Source of the DNA: a virus | DNA length: 64,000 nt | IMG/VR virus record: IMGVR_UViG_3300045988_139374 | Coordinates: 1-64,000 of that record | Strand: one strand, 5' to 3' | In this document: positions 1 through 7,722 of the stretch, piece after piece | Position numbering within the stretch: position 1 is the first letter of the stretch | Layout of the letters: every line of letters begins with the position of its first letter | Program-made: the position numbers and the translations under genes | Notes under the pieces: model-generated | The model's input: the letters and a program-made list of their open reading frames with translations, nothing else | Databases searched by the model: none | Told to the model about the DNA's origin: nothing

Positions 1-18
1 AGAAGCGTCATTCCACAT
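1..18 (-). CDS. first 6 codons (MWNDAS) of a leftward gene of the NDAS...ITCxYWYI cassette family; continues off the window
   Basis: reverse complement of 1-18 is ATG TGG AAT GAC GCT TCT, 16/18 nt identical to the start of the ORF at 1062 (ATG TGT AAT GAC GCT TCT). Confidence 0.35.
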
Positions 19-38
19 TTTAATTATTCTTATTTTCA

Positions 39-86
39 CTTGTATAGTATAAAATTGAAATAGAAGGAAGAAAGAGTACTTCTATT
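39..86 (+). promoter_or_regulatory. degenerate phage promoter box (cTTGTATAGTATAAAATTG) plus 8-bp 5' stem-loop (59-66 / 79-86)
   Basis: resembles the recurrent AGATATTATAATAwTG box; same box-then-hairpin-then-SD layout upstream of the 124 gene. Confidence 0.35.
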
Positions 87-123
87 GGTCGTATAATTTT
101 GATGCAAATAAAGGAGATTTACT

Positions 124-444
124 ATGTCTACTATTAGCAAGAACTTCCGTAATACCATCACTGCAAATGTCATTTCCATGTGTGGAAATGAGCAGCATGA
201 TGTTCATGCTATTCGTACTCGCTTTACCCGCAAGGGTAATAAGTGGGCTAATGTGCTTGATCGCATGATCAGCACTGGCAAAACAAAATCTGGCAAAACA
301 ATGTGTCAGATTTATCGCTATTGCCAAGTATGGCTAAGCGATATTGGAGCAACTGATTTTTGTTGCCCCAAGTTCAACCCCAATGCAAAGTATACAGTGG
401 ATGTAGATGATGAAGGCAAAATCTACATCCACCGTGTAGCTTAA
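124..444 (+). CDS. hypothetical protein, 106 aa, monocistronic, G/C-ending codon bias
   Basis: ORF with AAAGGAG SD 7 nt upstream; followed directly by a terminator. Confidence 0.8.
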   Translation: MSTISKNFRNTITANVISMCGNEQHDVHAIRTRFTRKGNKWANVLDRMISTGKTKSGKTMCQIYRYCQVWLSDIGATDFCCPKFNPNAKYTVDVDDEGKIYIHRVA

Positions 445-448
445 GAAT

Positions 449-488
449 AAAAGGAGTGAGCTATAAACTCACTCCTTTTATTTTTTTT
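449..488 (+). terminator. intrinsic terminator (GGAGTGAG...CTCACTCC plus T8)
   Basis: 10-bp GC-containing stem followed by a T-tract; member of the GGAGTGGG hairpin family. Confidence 0.85.
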
Positions 489-585
489 CAAATAATCTGA
501 CGCTTCTATTAAAATTAAGACAGATACTTGTAAAATTCCAGGAAGTAATATTGCTGCTTATATTCCTAAAAGATGCGTAATTCAA

Positions 586-792
586 ATGTTCCCAATAACT
601 TATCCAAGTGGAAATAAAAATGCTGGATATTACATTGTTCCATTCATCGCAGTATCTGGATATTTTCTTGACGGTGTTTTTCAGGCTACAGGATCTGATG
701 TTTGGATGACAAAAAATGGAACTCTTGCATCTGGTGTATATCAAGATTTTGATAATCTAATTATATGTAAATATTGGTATATAAGCATTTAA
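586..792 (+). CDS. cassette A ORF (68 aa from first ATG; family homology SDASIKIKTDTCKIP extends upstream to 497 with no start codon)
   Basis: no SD before the ATG; the open frame begins right after a TAA at 494-496. Confidence 0.3.
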   Translation: MFPITYPSGNKNAGYYIVPFIAVSGYFLDGVFQATGSDVWMTKNGTLASGVYQDFDNLIICKYWYISI

Positions 793-853
793 TGACGCTT
801 CTATTAAGACAGATACTTGTAAAGTTCCAGATTATAGTACTACAACAGATATA

Positions 854-1069
854 ATGGGAAGACATGTTATTTGGGCTACCATTATAGAGTATCCTAAAAA
901 TGTCAAAGACGTATGGGCGTATGAAATCATATATATTATGACAATTACAGATAGAGATGCTATAATTTATGGAAGCAGAATTGGTATAGCAAAATTATGG
1001 GCTAATGGAGGTTTCTACGACGATTCAAATAATCCAATTACGTGTAAATATGGATATTTAGATGTGTAA
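854..1069 (+). CDS. cassette B ORF (71 aa from first ATG; homology NDASIKTDTCKVPDY extends upstream to 785 with no start codon)
   Basis: no SD; conserved N-terminal box lies upstream of the only ATG. Confidence 0.3.
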   Translation: MGRHVIWATIIEYPKNVKDVWAYEIIYIMTITDRDAIIYGSRIGIAKLWANGGFYDDSNNPITCKYGYLDV

Positions 1070-1361
1070 TGACGCTTCTTTTAAAACTGATACTTGTAAA
1101 GTTCCAGAATATGATTCCGGTGTTACTCTTATAAGTTATAGAGTTGTAGTACAAGTAGCAATAATACAATATACATCTACTAGTATGAATGTCAATGATA
1201 CAGAATATAGATTTCCTATTATATATGCATATGGTACTGCCAATCCTGATATTCCAACTTATCGTTTAATAGTAATATCAAAAAATCCAAGATCTATAGA
1301 ATCCAGTGATATATATCAAGTCACTGGAAGACCTATTACATGCAGATATTGGTATATTTAA
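1062..1361 (+). CDS. cassette C, the only in-window copy with an ATG at the family N-terminus (MCNDASFKTDTCKVPEY...ITCRYWYI), 99 aa
   Basis: full-length ORF; weak or no SD; overlaps the cassette B stop. Confidence 0.5.
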   Translation: MCNDASFKTDTCKVPEYDSGVTLISYRVVVQVAIIQYTSTSMNVNDTEYRFPIIYAYGTANPDIPTYRLIVISKNPRSIESSDIYQVTGRPITCRYWYI

Positions 1362-1442
1362 TTAATATACAATGACGCTTCTATAAAACAACTTAAATTT
1401 ACTACTGGAAGAACAACATTTAAAGGATTTATAGATTATAAG

Positions 1443-1664
1443 ATGATTTACTCAACTGAAGATAGCATCATTCCTATATCTATATACAATGATAATGGTT
1501 CTATTTTGCCTAGCACAGATTCAAATCTAGATAACGTTATTACATTAAATTATTCTTGGTATAAATATAATAAAGTCATGATATATCTTTTATTTGCTCA
1601 AAGAACTTCTACACTCAATTATACCATATCATCATTATTTTCTACGTGTGTCTATTATCTTTAA
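1443..1664 (+). CDS. cassette D ORF (73 aa from first ATG; NDASIKQLKF homology extends upstream to 1362, in frame just after the cassette C stop)
   Basis: no SD; most diverged copy. Confidence 0.3.
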   Translation: MIYSTEDSIIPISIYNDNGSILPSTDSNLDNVITLNYSWYKYNKVMIYLLFAQRTSTLNYTISSLFSTCVYYL

Positions 1665-1672
1665 TATATAAT

Positions 1673-1710
1673 ATAGAGGATAGAGAGTAATCTCTATCCT
1701 CTATTAATTT
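1673..1710 (+). terminator. intrinsic terminator (14-bp perfect stem ATAGAGGATAGAGA / TCTCTATCCTCTAT)
   Basis: perfect hairpin followed by a T-rich tract. Confidence 0.75.
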
Positions 1711-1716
1711 TGATTT

Positions 1717-1738
1717 TTGACTTAGCATCATAATAATT
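1717..1738 (+). promoter_or_regulatory. variant promoter box TTGACTTAGCATCATAATAATT
   Basis: aligns to the consensus TTGAwTAGATATTATAATAwTG with 3 substitutions; sits between terminator and SD. Confidence 0.4.
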
Positions 1739-1754
1739 AGGAGGTTTATATTTT

Positions 1755-2165
1755 ATGGAAAATATTATCACTATAGAATGTATAAAAGGAATAGAACTAG
1801 AAGATCATAAATTATTTCTTGAGAAATGGTCTATTGATGAATTTGTAAAATATTGTATTTTGCAGATAGATTATCTATCATTTCCAAATTCACTTGATTT
1901 TGATCCATCTATAAGAAATACTAAATTTCTATTTTCTAAGACAAGAGGATTATTCTACAACTCAGCTGAAAATTGGAAGAAGATTGAAGATTATTTTAAT
2001 TATCATAAACCAATAATGTATGGTACATATGATACTAGTATAACTAAATCTATTATTATAGAAGATGCTCTTAATGAGAAAATAGATGATGATAATTTTG
2101 ATATGATTCCTAAATTACATGAATTTATTTATATGGAAAGGAGTGTGCCAATAAATGATAGATGA
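1755..2165 (+). CDS. hypothetical protein, paralog family 1 (hxhxExW/Y motif: LFLEKWS)
   Basis: AGGAGG SD; motif shared with the 2155 and 10728 products. Confidence 0.8.
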   Translation: MENIITIECIKGIELEDHKLFLEKWSIDEFVKYCILQIDYLSFPNSLDFDPSIRNTKFLFSKTRGLFYNSAENWKKIEDYFNYHKPIMYGTYDTSITKSIIIEDALNEKIDDDNFDMIPKLHEFIYMERSVPINDR

Positions 2166-2616
2166 TTCTTATTACACTCTTGCAATTACTATACTTAAAG
2201 CTTGTACGTATTATATAGACAAGCATCCATATTCAACATTCTTAGAAAAATGGTCATATCAAGGAAAAGATTTATATTGTATTGGAACTATTCTTTATTA
2301 TGAAAATCCAAATAAAATATTAGCTAAGAAATATAGATATCTTAGTGAGTTTTATAGATCTAATTTCTATTCTAAAGATGAAGCAGAAAAAGATTATAAT
2401 AATAGAATAGAAGATGCAAAACTTAGATATCCTGATGGAATACAAATCTTTGACTTTATAGATGATAATACATTTAATACTCATAGAGAATATTATGTAT
2501 TAAATATGAATCTAAAAAGTATTCTTTGGAAAGATCCGTATGGGCGAATTGATGATACATATGATGATTTTGTAAATGCATGGAATAAGGAGTATAAAAA
2601 TGGAATACAAAATTAA
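2155..2616 (+). CDS. hypothetical protein, paralog family 1 (TFLEKWS; C-terminal KEYKNGIQN)
   Basis: ORF overlapping the upstream stop; family motifs. Confidence 0.8.
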   Translation: MIDDSYYTLAITILKACTYYIDKHPYSTFLEKWSYQGKDLYCIGTILYYENPNKILAKKYRYLSEFYRSNFYSKDEAEKDYNNRIEDAKLRYPDGIQIFDFIDDNTFNTHREYYVLNMNLKSILWKDPYGRIDDTYDDFVNAWNKEYKNGIQN

Positions 2617-3283
2617 AGCACTTAAGGTTTCTAGTATTCGTGGATATATTGTAATTCTAGAGGAATATAGTTTACCTGAAAAATATACTACTTATAGAGT
2701 TCATCTTCATATACCTGGAATTAAGCAAATCTTTAAAGATTATCCATCTACTGCAATTTCTGCAGCCGATAGATATTCTAACTTCAATGATGATTATAAA
2801 CAAATTCTTGATACTTATGCAAATTGGGTAATAGAAATTAATAATATTGATATCGATTCAGATACTATTTCTGCTCTTGAGTATCCTAAATATATAGATC
2901 CAGATGAAAATAAAGTTTATATTCCAAATGGATATTATCTGTTAAGAGGAACTATTGAGCATGATATTGAAGTTTCTATAAATGAATGTGCTGATAGCAA
3001 TGAATACGTATATTCCGGAACTCTGAAATTTGCCAATGGAGATACCTATACTTTTGTATATGATTATGATACAGAAAATGCTGCTGATTTAAAAGACTTA
3101 CTTGCTAATTATATATTTGAATGCTATGATCAAAATGGAAACTATATTAATTGCTATGATGTATTTGAAAATCATGGATATAATGCTGATACATTTGGTA
3201 GTATCATTGAAGATATTCTAAATGAAGCAGTAAATGATTTTCGTGAAAAGAGTAAGGAGAATAAAAATGGAAGTACAACTTAA
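2600..3283 (+). CDS. hypothetical protein, paralog family 1 (start MEYKIKAL)
   Basis: AAGGAG SD embedded in the C-terminal codons of the upstream gene; 17-nt overlap; the track ATG at 2576 lacks an SD. Confidence 0.75.
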   Translation: MEYKIKALKVSSIRGYIVILEEYSLPEKYTTYRVHLHIPGIKQIFKDYPSTAISAADRYSNFNDDYKQILDTYANWVIEINNIDIDSDTISALEYPKYIDPDENKVYIPNGYYLLRGTIEHDIEVSINECADSNEYVYSGTLKFANGDTYTFVYDYDTENAADLKDLLANYIFECYDQNGNYINCYDVFENHGYNADTFGSIIEDILNEAVNDFREKSKENKNGSTT

Positions 3284-3629
3284 ATCTATTAAGAATGAAC
3301 TTCATAGATGCTCTGTTGTAGATTATACAGAAGAATCTGTAATGTGCATTATTAAGGATGAGCATACTAGAAAATGCATCATTGAAAGACACACTAGTAA
3401 ATATACTACATATAAAAATACACAAGATAATTTTATATTTAAAGACGGTAATGATAATATCATTGGAGGTATTAATTGTAATATATACCCTGGTACAAGA
3501 TCTTATGAGATTGTAAAAGAATTACCCTATGAGTATATTGGTCAGATGGATTTTATAGTATTTCTTTTAATGCATATTTATTATAATCCTGCATGGAAAG
3601 TATTTATGGTACTTAATAATGAAGATTAA
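3267..3629 (+). CDS. hypothetical protein (start MEVQLKS), paralog of the 3619 product
   Basis: AAGGAG SD inside the upstream C-terminus, same junction layout as at 2600; shared ELPxExIGxMxFDFI motif. Confidence 0.75.
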   Translation: MEVQLKSIKNELHRCSVVDYTEESVMCIIKDEHTRKCIIERHTSKYTTYKNTQDNFIFKDGNDNIIGGINCNIYPGTRSYEIVKELPYEYIGQMDFIVFLLMHIYYNPAWKVFMVLNNED

Positions 3630-3972
3630 ATTAGAGCTTAGATATCAAGCAAATATTAGAATATCAAATGGTCGTGTTAAAGGCCAATTTGCATATATCA
3701 CAATAAATGATAAGAAATATAAAATCTCAAGATGTGTATCTCATAAATGCAAATTTAATGATGACAAGATGTATATGCTTTACACATTAGAAGATTCTAA
3801 TGTTTTAGGATTTATCAGTATTAGATCTGATGAGACTAGTATAAAGCCTATAGGAAATATACAAGAATTTCCTAAAGAAATCATTGGTGATATGAGCACT
3901 TTTGATTTTATTATGGATTATATTGATAAAGATGAAGCGTGGAATCAAAAAGCATGTGAGGAGGAAAAATAA
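3619..3972 (+). CDS. hypothetical protein, paralog of the 3267 product
   Basis: ORF overlapping the upstream stop; motif EFPKEIIGDMSTFDFI. Confidence 0.75.
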   Translation: MKIKLELRYQANIRISNGRVKGQFAYITINDKKYKISRCVSHKCKFNDDKMYMLYTLEDSNVLGFISIRSDETSIKPIGNIQEFPKEIIGDMSTFDFIMDYIDKDEAWNQKACEEEK

Positions 3973-4383
3973 ATGAGAAAAGATTTCTTAATGGTAGGAG
4001 ATAAATTTTGGTATAATATCAAAGGATCTTATTATCCGTATATCATGGTAAAACTCGGTAATGATAAACAAGTATTATTTCCAGTAGAAAAAGATTCTCC
4101 TGTACTTAATATTTCTAGTATAGATGATAATAAGATGACTGTTATTTATCTTAGTAGCAAAAATAGATATTATAGATATTATAAAATGCTAGAAGATATT
4201 GCACCTAAAATCGAAGGATACAATCGTATTACTCTTCCTGATAAACTATTTAAAATCTGTACGGAAGTTACTGAACAAATGTGCGATACAAGGCTTCCAG
4301 AAAATGAAGCCGATGAAGAGAATATGATTAAAGTATTTTGTCGTACAGAAATTGATAGAATGCTAGTAAGGCAATATAATTAA
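3973..4383 (+). CDS. hypothetical protein, 136 aa
   Basis: GAGGAGGA SD; ATG directly after the upstream stop. Confidence 0.8.
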   Translation: MRKDFLMVGDKFWYNIKGSYYPYIMVKLGNDKQVLFPVEKDSPVLNISSIDDNKMTVIYLSSKNRYYRYYKMLEDIAPKIEGYNRITLPDKLFKICTEVTEQMCDTRLPENEADEENMIKVFCRTEIDRMLVRQYN

Positions 4384-4387
4384 AAGC

Positions 4388-4424
4388 ATTCCGGAAGAGT
4401 ATAATCTCTTCCGGAATTATTTAT
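4388..4424 (+). terminator. intrinsic terminator (ATTCCGGAAGAG / CTCTTCCGGAAT)
   Basis: 12-bp stem plus T-rich tail. Confidence 0.8.
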
Positions 4425-4425
4425 T

Positions 4426-4473
4426 TTGATTAGATATTATAATATTGATAAAGACAAATAGTTTCTTTATCAA
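4426..4473 (+). promoter_or_regulatory. phage promoter box TTGATTAGATATTATAATATTG plus 5' stem-loop (4445-4453 / 4465-4473)
   Basis: consensus box copy; the hairpin starts at the conserved terminal TG. Confidence 0.7.
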
Positions 4474-4506
4474 AGTCTAAAAATCTTTATAAGGAGGTCC
4501 AAAATT

Positions 4507-5811
4507 ATGGACATCAGCAAAATGAACAAAATTTTTATCGATAGCGAATTAAAAAATAGTCAACGGGATATATTATTAAGCAGAATAATGAATACCAATG
4601 ATGATAATGATGTAAGCATGTATTTACGTGACCAATATATAATACAGCAGTTTATTGGAAATACTGCTGTAATTACTGGTCGTGGATCTTTTATCGTTAT
4701 CACACATATTGATCATGATAATGTATCAATTATGGTTGGAGGAACTGATCCTAGACGTAATTATAAAATTACTTCTTATGTGGATAAAGATACGTATTCT
4801 ATCAAAGATATATATGCCCAAGATATTAGCTATTTGCTTAATAAGAAAACTGTGATTATAGATGAGAACTATACTGATGATTATATTAGATGGACGCTTG
4901 CTGGCATAATTATCCAATTTCATGTCCTTGCTATGCATCCAGAATATTATGATCAAAAAGTTGTATATGCTAAAAATACCAGTAAGAAAGGAAATAAAGC
5001 TCCACATAGAGTAATGGAATATAGATTAAATAAAAGATATTTTATTAATGACTATATTGGTGCTAGATACTCTAAGTGGGATAGAATTTCTATTGGAAAT
5101 AACTATAATTTATACGATCCTAATAATATTCTTACTCCAGTATTTCCTCTTCAACATGGAGTTATCACTTCTGGATTTGAAAATCTCACATCTAGACAAG
5201 ATGATAGAGCTGCAATTTCCAGAAATATAACAATGAAATTAGCAATTGCATTTAATGTAATTACTAAATCCACAATTTCTATTAAAGCATATGCTTTAAA
5301 TATTGATGGCAAAGGAGAGATTATTTCAAACTGTATTTATGATTTTAAGTCAGACACTTTTGAAAGAATATCTGATGACAATTTTGTCGATACAATAAAA
5401 GCAAATGTTTCAGAAGTCATTGATGAAGCTGGTGATAATGATATTATTCATCTTTGCATCGATGTACTGAAGTATATGGCTTATCATGTAGAACTCGTTT
5501 CCAAAAAGGATGTAGTTACTGGATCTATTGAAAGTTCTAGTAACTATACTCCCAAAGCAAATGATAAGCCTCGGTTTGAGACTAGTATCTGCTCTCATAA
5601 GGTATATGGAATTACTAAGAAAATAATTCCTGTTACTGAAGCAGAAGCTAAGGAGAAACGGAAATATACGCCTTGCCAGTATGCTGTTACTGTCAAGGGC
5701 CATTTCCGTCATTATAAATCTGGCAAGGTAATCTGGGTTGAACATTTTATCCGTAATAAAGATAAAGAATTTAAACCTAAAGATTATGTTGATAAAAAGA
5801 AAGAAGGCTAA
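4507..5811 (+). CDS. hypothetical protein, 434 aa
   Basis: AAGGAGG SD; monocistronic between promoter box and terminator. Confidence 0.85.
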   Translation: MDISKMNKIFIDSELKNSQRDILLSRIMNTNDDNDVSMYLRDQYIIQQFIGNTAVITGRGSFIVITHIDHDNVSIMVGGTDPRRNYKITSYVDKDTYSIKDIYAQDISYLLNKKTVIIDENYTDDYIRWTLAGIIIQFHVLAMHPEYYDQKVVYAKNTSKKGNKAPHRVMEYRLNKRYFINDYIGARYSKWDRISIGNNYNLYDPNNILTPVFPLQHGVITSGFENLTSRQDDRAAISRNITMKLAIAFNVITKSTISIKAYALNIDGKGEIISNCIYDFKSDTFERISDDNFVDTIKANVSEVIDEAGDNDIIHLCIDVLKYMAYHVELVSKKDVVTGSIESSSNYTPKANDKPRFETSICSHKVYGITKKIIPVTEAEAKEKRKYTPCQYAVTVKGHFRHYKSGKVIWVEHFIRNKDKEFKPKDYVDKKKEG

Positions 5812-5817
5812 TTATAT

Positions 5818-5859
5818 AAAAGGAGTGGGTTTTATTTGCCCACTCCTTTTATTTTTTTT
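5818..5859 (+). terminator. intrinsic terminator AAAGGAGTGGGTTTTATTTGCCCACTCCTTT plus T-tract
   Basis: near-identical to the terminator at 14965-15008. Confidence 0.9.
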
Positions 5860-5873
5860 ATAATTTTATATTA

Positions 5874-5920
5874 TTGATTAGATATTATAATAATGGAGAT
5901 AAAGAATATATTTTATCTCC
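5874..5920 (+). promoter_or_regulatory. phage promoter box TTGATTAGATATTATAATAATG plus 5' stem-loop (5895-5903 / 5912-5920)
   Basis: exact consensus copy. Confidence 0.7.
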
Positions 5921-5965
5921 AAGTCATTTTTATTCATTCATCCATAATATAGGAGGTAAATTATT

Positions 5966-6790
5966 ATGGGACGTATCAAAGATATCAGCAATGCCTCTGG
6001 CATCAATATTCACGTTACGAAGGAATTTGTGCGTGATAATGATGCAAAGATCGTTGTTGGTGAGTTGACCAACTGGTTCGGTGATAATACTGGTCCTGAC
6101 TGGGTTAATCTCACTATGAACAAGGTCGGAGAAATCACCGATTTCAACTTCTACTTCACTGAAGCTGAGGCAGCAAATTTCTCTGGCATCAAATTCAACA
6201 ACGTTGATCATGATATTACGATCGATTATCATGGTCAGGTCGAAAGCATCACTGGCTGGGGCCGTGATGACTGTACCACATATAATTTCCAGACATCTGT
6301 ATTGGATAGCTACATGTACTATGAAGCTATCTACGTTGACAATATTGATATTATCATTAATGGCAATAATTTTGCTATCAGTGGTAATGTATTTGATATT
6401 ACCAATGATGAGCTGTTGTTCCATTTTACAGCTGTTCCTGGAATCAACAGCTATGACATCGATTACTATACCTGTGATGGCAAGAAGATCGATGCTCTTG
6501 GGATGGCTAATATCGAAGCCAGCAAAATTTGTGGTGCTGGCAATGAGGATGTAGATAATGCTATCTACTATGTGATTTCCAGCAAGATTTACGATGCCAT
6601 GATCGAGACTCTTCCGATCTCGATTTTATTTAAAGTGTGCTATGGTGTTAATGATGCGCACAAAAAGAATCCTAATGCTCCGACTGCAAAGGAGTATATC
6701 AAGGAGCTGTTCAATGATGGTGCCATCGATCGGTTCCTTGCAGAGTTTATGATGTCTTTGATTGGCAAATACGGAAACATCCGCACCTAA
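5966..6790 (+). CDS. hypothetical abundant protein, 274 aa (G/C-ending codon bias, monocistronic)
   Basis: AGGAGG SD; flanked by promoter box and terminator; codon usage unlike neighbours. Confidence 0.85.
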   Translation: MGRIKDISNASGINIHVTKEFVRDNDAKIVVGELTNWFGDNTGPDWVNLTMNKVGEITDFNFYFTEAEAANFSGIKFNNVDHDITIDYHGQVESITGWGRDDCTTYNFQTSVLDSYMYYEAIYVDNIDIIINGNNFAISGNVFDITNDELLFHFTAVPGINSYDIDYYTCDGKKIDALGMANIEASKICGAGNEDVDNAIYYVISSKIYDAMIETLPISILFKVCYGVNDAHKKNPNAPTAKEYIKELFNDGAIDRFLAEFMMSLIGKYGNIRT

Positions 6791-6801
6791 TTTGATCTAT
6801 A

Positions 6802-6846
6802 ATACCAGTAGAGTTGGAGGACTCTACTGGTATTTATTTTTTATTT
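6802..6846 (+). terminator. intrinsic terminator (ATACCAGTAGAGT / ACTCTACTGGTAT)
   Basis: 13-bp stem plus T-tract. Confidence 0.85.
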
Positions 6847-6851
6847 TTATA

Positions 6852-6893
6852 TTCAGGCAGATATTATAATAATGGTAAAGAAGATATCTTTAC
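6852..6893 (+). promoter_or_regulatory. phage promoter box (GCAGATATTATAATAATG) plus 5' stem-loop 6875-6893
   Basis: core box identical to consensus; the upstream TTGA part is diverged. Confidence 0.65.
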
Positions 6894-6928
6894 TATATAT
6901 CTTTTATAAAATAGAAAGGATGTACACT

Positions 6929-7720
6929 ATGATTACAGATGCTAGGATTCATGATCTGAAACGAAAACTTGTTAAAGGCCATAAGATTACCCTTCAGGAG
7001 TGGGTAAATAAAACCGACAAAGATATCTGCAGATATCTTGTCTTGGATGATATCTTACGATATCATGAGATTCCTTCTTCTACCCCTAGATATGAAGTCT
7101 TCAATTGCAGTACCTATGGATTCTTTGATAAAATTGAAGATGCAGAAAAGAAATATGAAGACATTATTTCTCAATATGCAAATATCAATCTTGTAACCTT
7201 TAGAGATGCTGCTCCGAGTTTCACCTCTAAAGGAAACGATTTTGATCTTATTTCTGCAAAAGAAATGTTTACCTGTGATGAATTCTATGTAGACTTCTAT
7301 ATGATCGAGCCCAGTGTCATGATGCTTTTGAGCAGTGTTATTACAGCATTCGATAACGAGGAATATACTGTGAATATCAGCTTCAATTTCGCTAGATCGA
7401 ATGATGTTTGTATTGCTCACAATTATATCATCATTGATATCGTAGATGCAGATGGAAATCTTGTTGTAAAACATTCTTGTGATCTCGATATTGATCGTAT
7501 TAAGTCTAGATCTAAAAAGGCAAATGGTAGATATCTTATTAATGCTATCACACCTAAGGATTATCATGTCTATGCTTCTTACGATAGAAACTGTAAGGCA
7601 AGTGATGAATTCATTAAGAAGTATAATGTAGATCCTGTGTATCTTTGCAATTATGTAATTACACAAGCAATTCCTACTATCATGACTACTCATAATAACA
7701 AAATTAAAGAAGGAGAATAA
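6929..7720 (+). CDS. hypothetical protein, paralog family 1 (start MITDARI; alternatives at 6920 or 6872)
   Basis: GAAAGGA SD 8 nt upstream of 6929; the track start at 6872 lies inside the promoter/hairpin. Confidence 0.7.
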   Translation: MITDARIHDLKRKLVKGHKITLQEWVNKTDKDICRYLVLDDILRYHEIPSSTPRYEVFNCSTYGFFDKIEDAEKKYEDIISQYANINLVTFRDAAPSFTSKGNDFDLISAKEMFTCDEFYVDFYMIEPSVMMLLSSVITAFDNEEYTVNISFNFARSNDVCIAHNYIIIDIVDADGNLVVKHSCDLDIDRIKSRSKKANGRYLINAITPKDYHVYASYDRNCKASDEFIKKYNVDPVYLCNYVITQAIPTIMTTHNNKIKEGE

Positions 7721-7722
7721 TT

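Larger units (their letters stand above)
497..1664 (+). repeat. four tandem ~280-300 bp cassettes with conserved 5' boxes at 498-541, 791-831, 1068-1108 and 1371-1389
   Basis: boxes B and C are 36/39 nt identical (TGACGCTTCTaTTAAgACaGATACTTGTAAAGTTCCAGA). Interiors are diverged. Units A-C each end ...ITC(K/R)Y(W/G)Y...stop; unit D ends ...TCVYYL. Confidence 0.85.

Noticed and set aside
792-854. Short hydrophobic ORFs starting at the ATG inside the conserved box (MTLLLRQILVKFQ... at 792 and 1069) as the real product of the cassettes
   Set aside because: The frame is not conserved. Unit A lacks the ATG, unit D terminates after 4 codons, and lengths differ. Conservation follows the NDAS...TDTCKVP frame and the nucleotide box instead.
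5874-5891. Reading TTGATT ... TATAAT in the conserved box as a canonical sigma-70/sigma-A -35/-10 promoter
   Set aside because: The two hexamers are separated by only 6 nt instead of ~17. The TTGA part is also not conserved in several copies (6852, 49825, 53130), while AGATATTATAAT is.
6204-6554. 116-aa plus-strand ORF in another frame inside 5966-6790. Similar same-strand nested ORFs occur at 7868-8077, 8168-8389, 9021-9224, 10051-10254, 13559-13768, 14035-14274, 25096-25434, 23059-23295 and elsewhere
   Set aside because: They are nested out of frame in longer ORFs that have proper SDs. They have hydrophobic low-complexity translations and no initiation signals.
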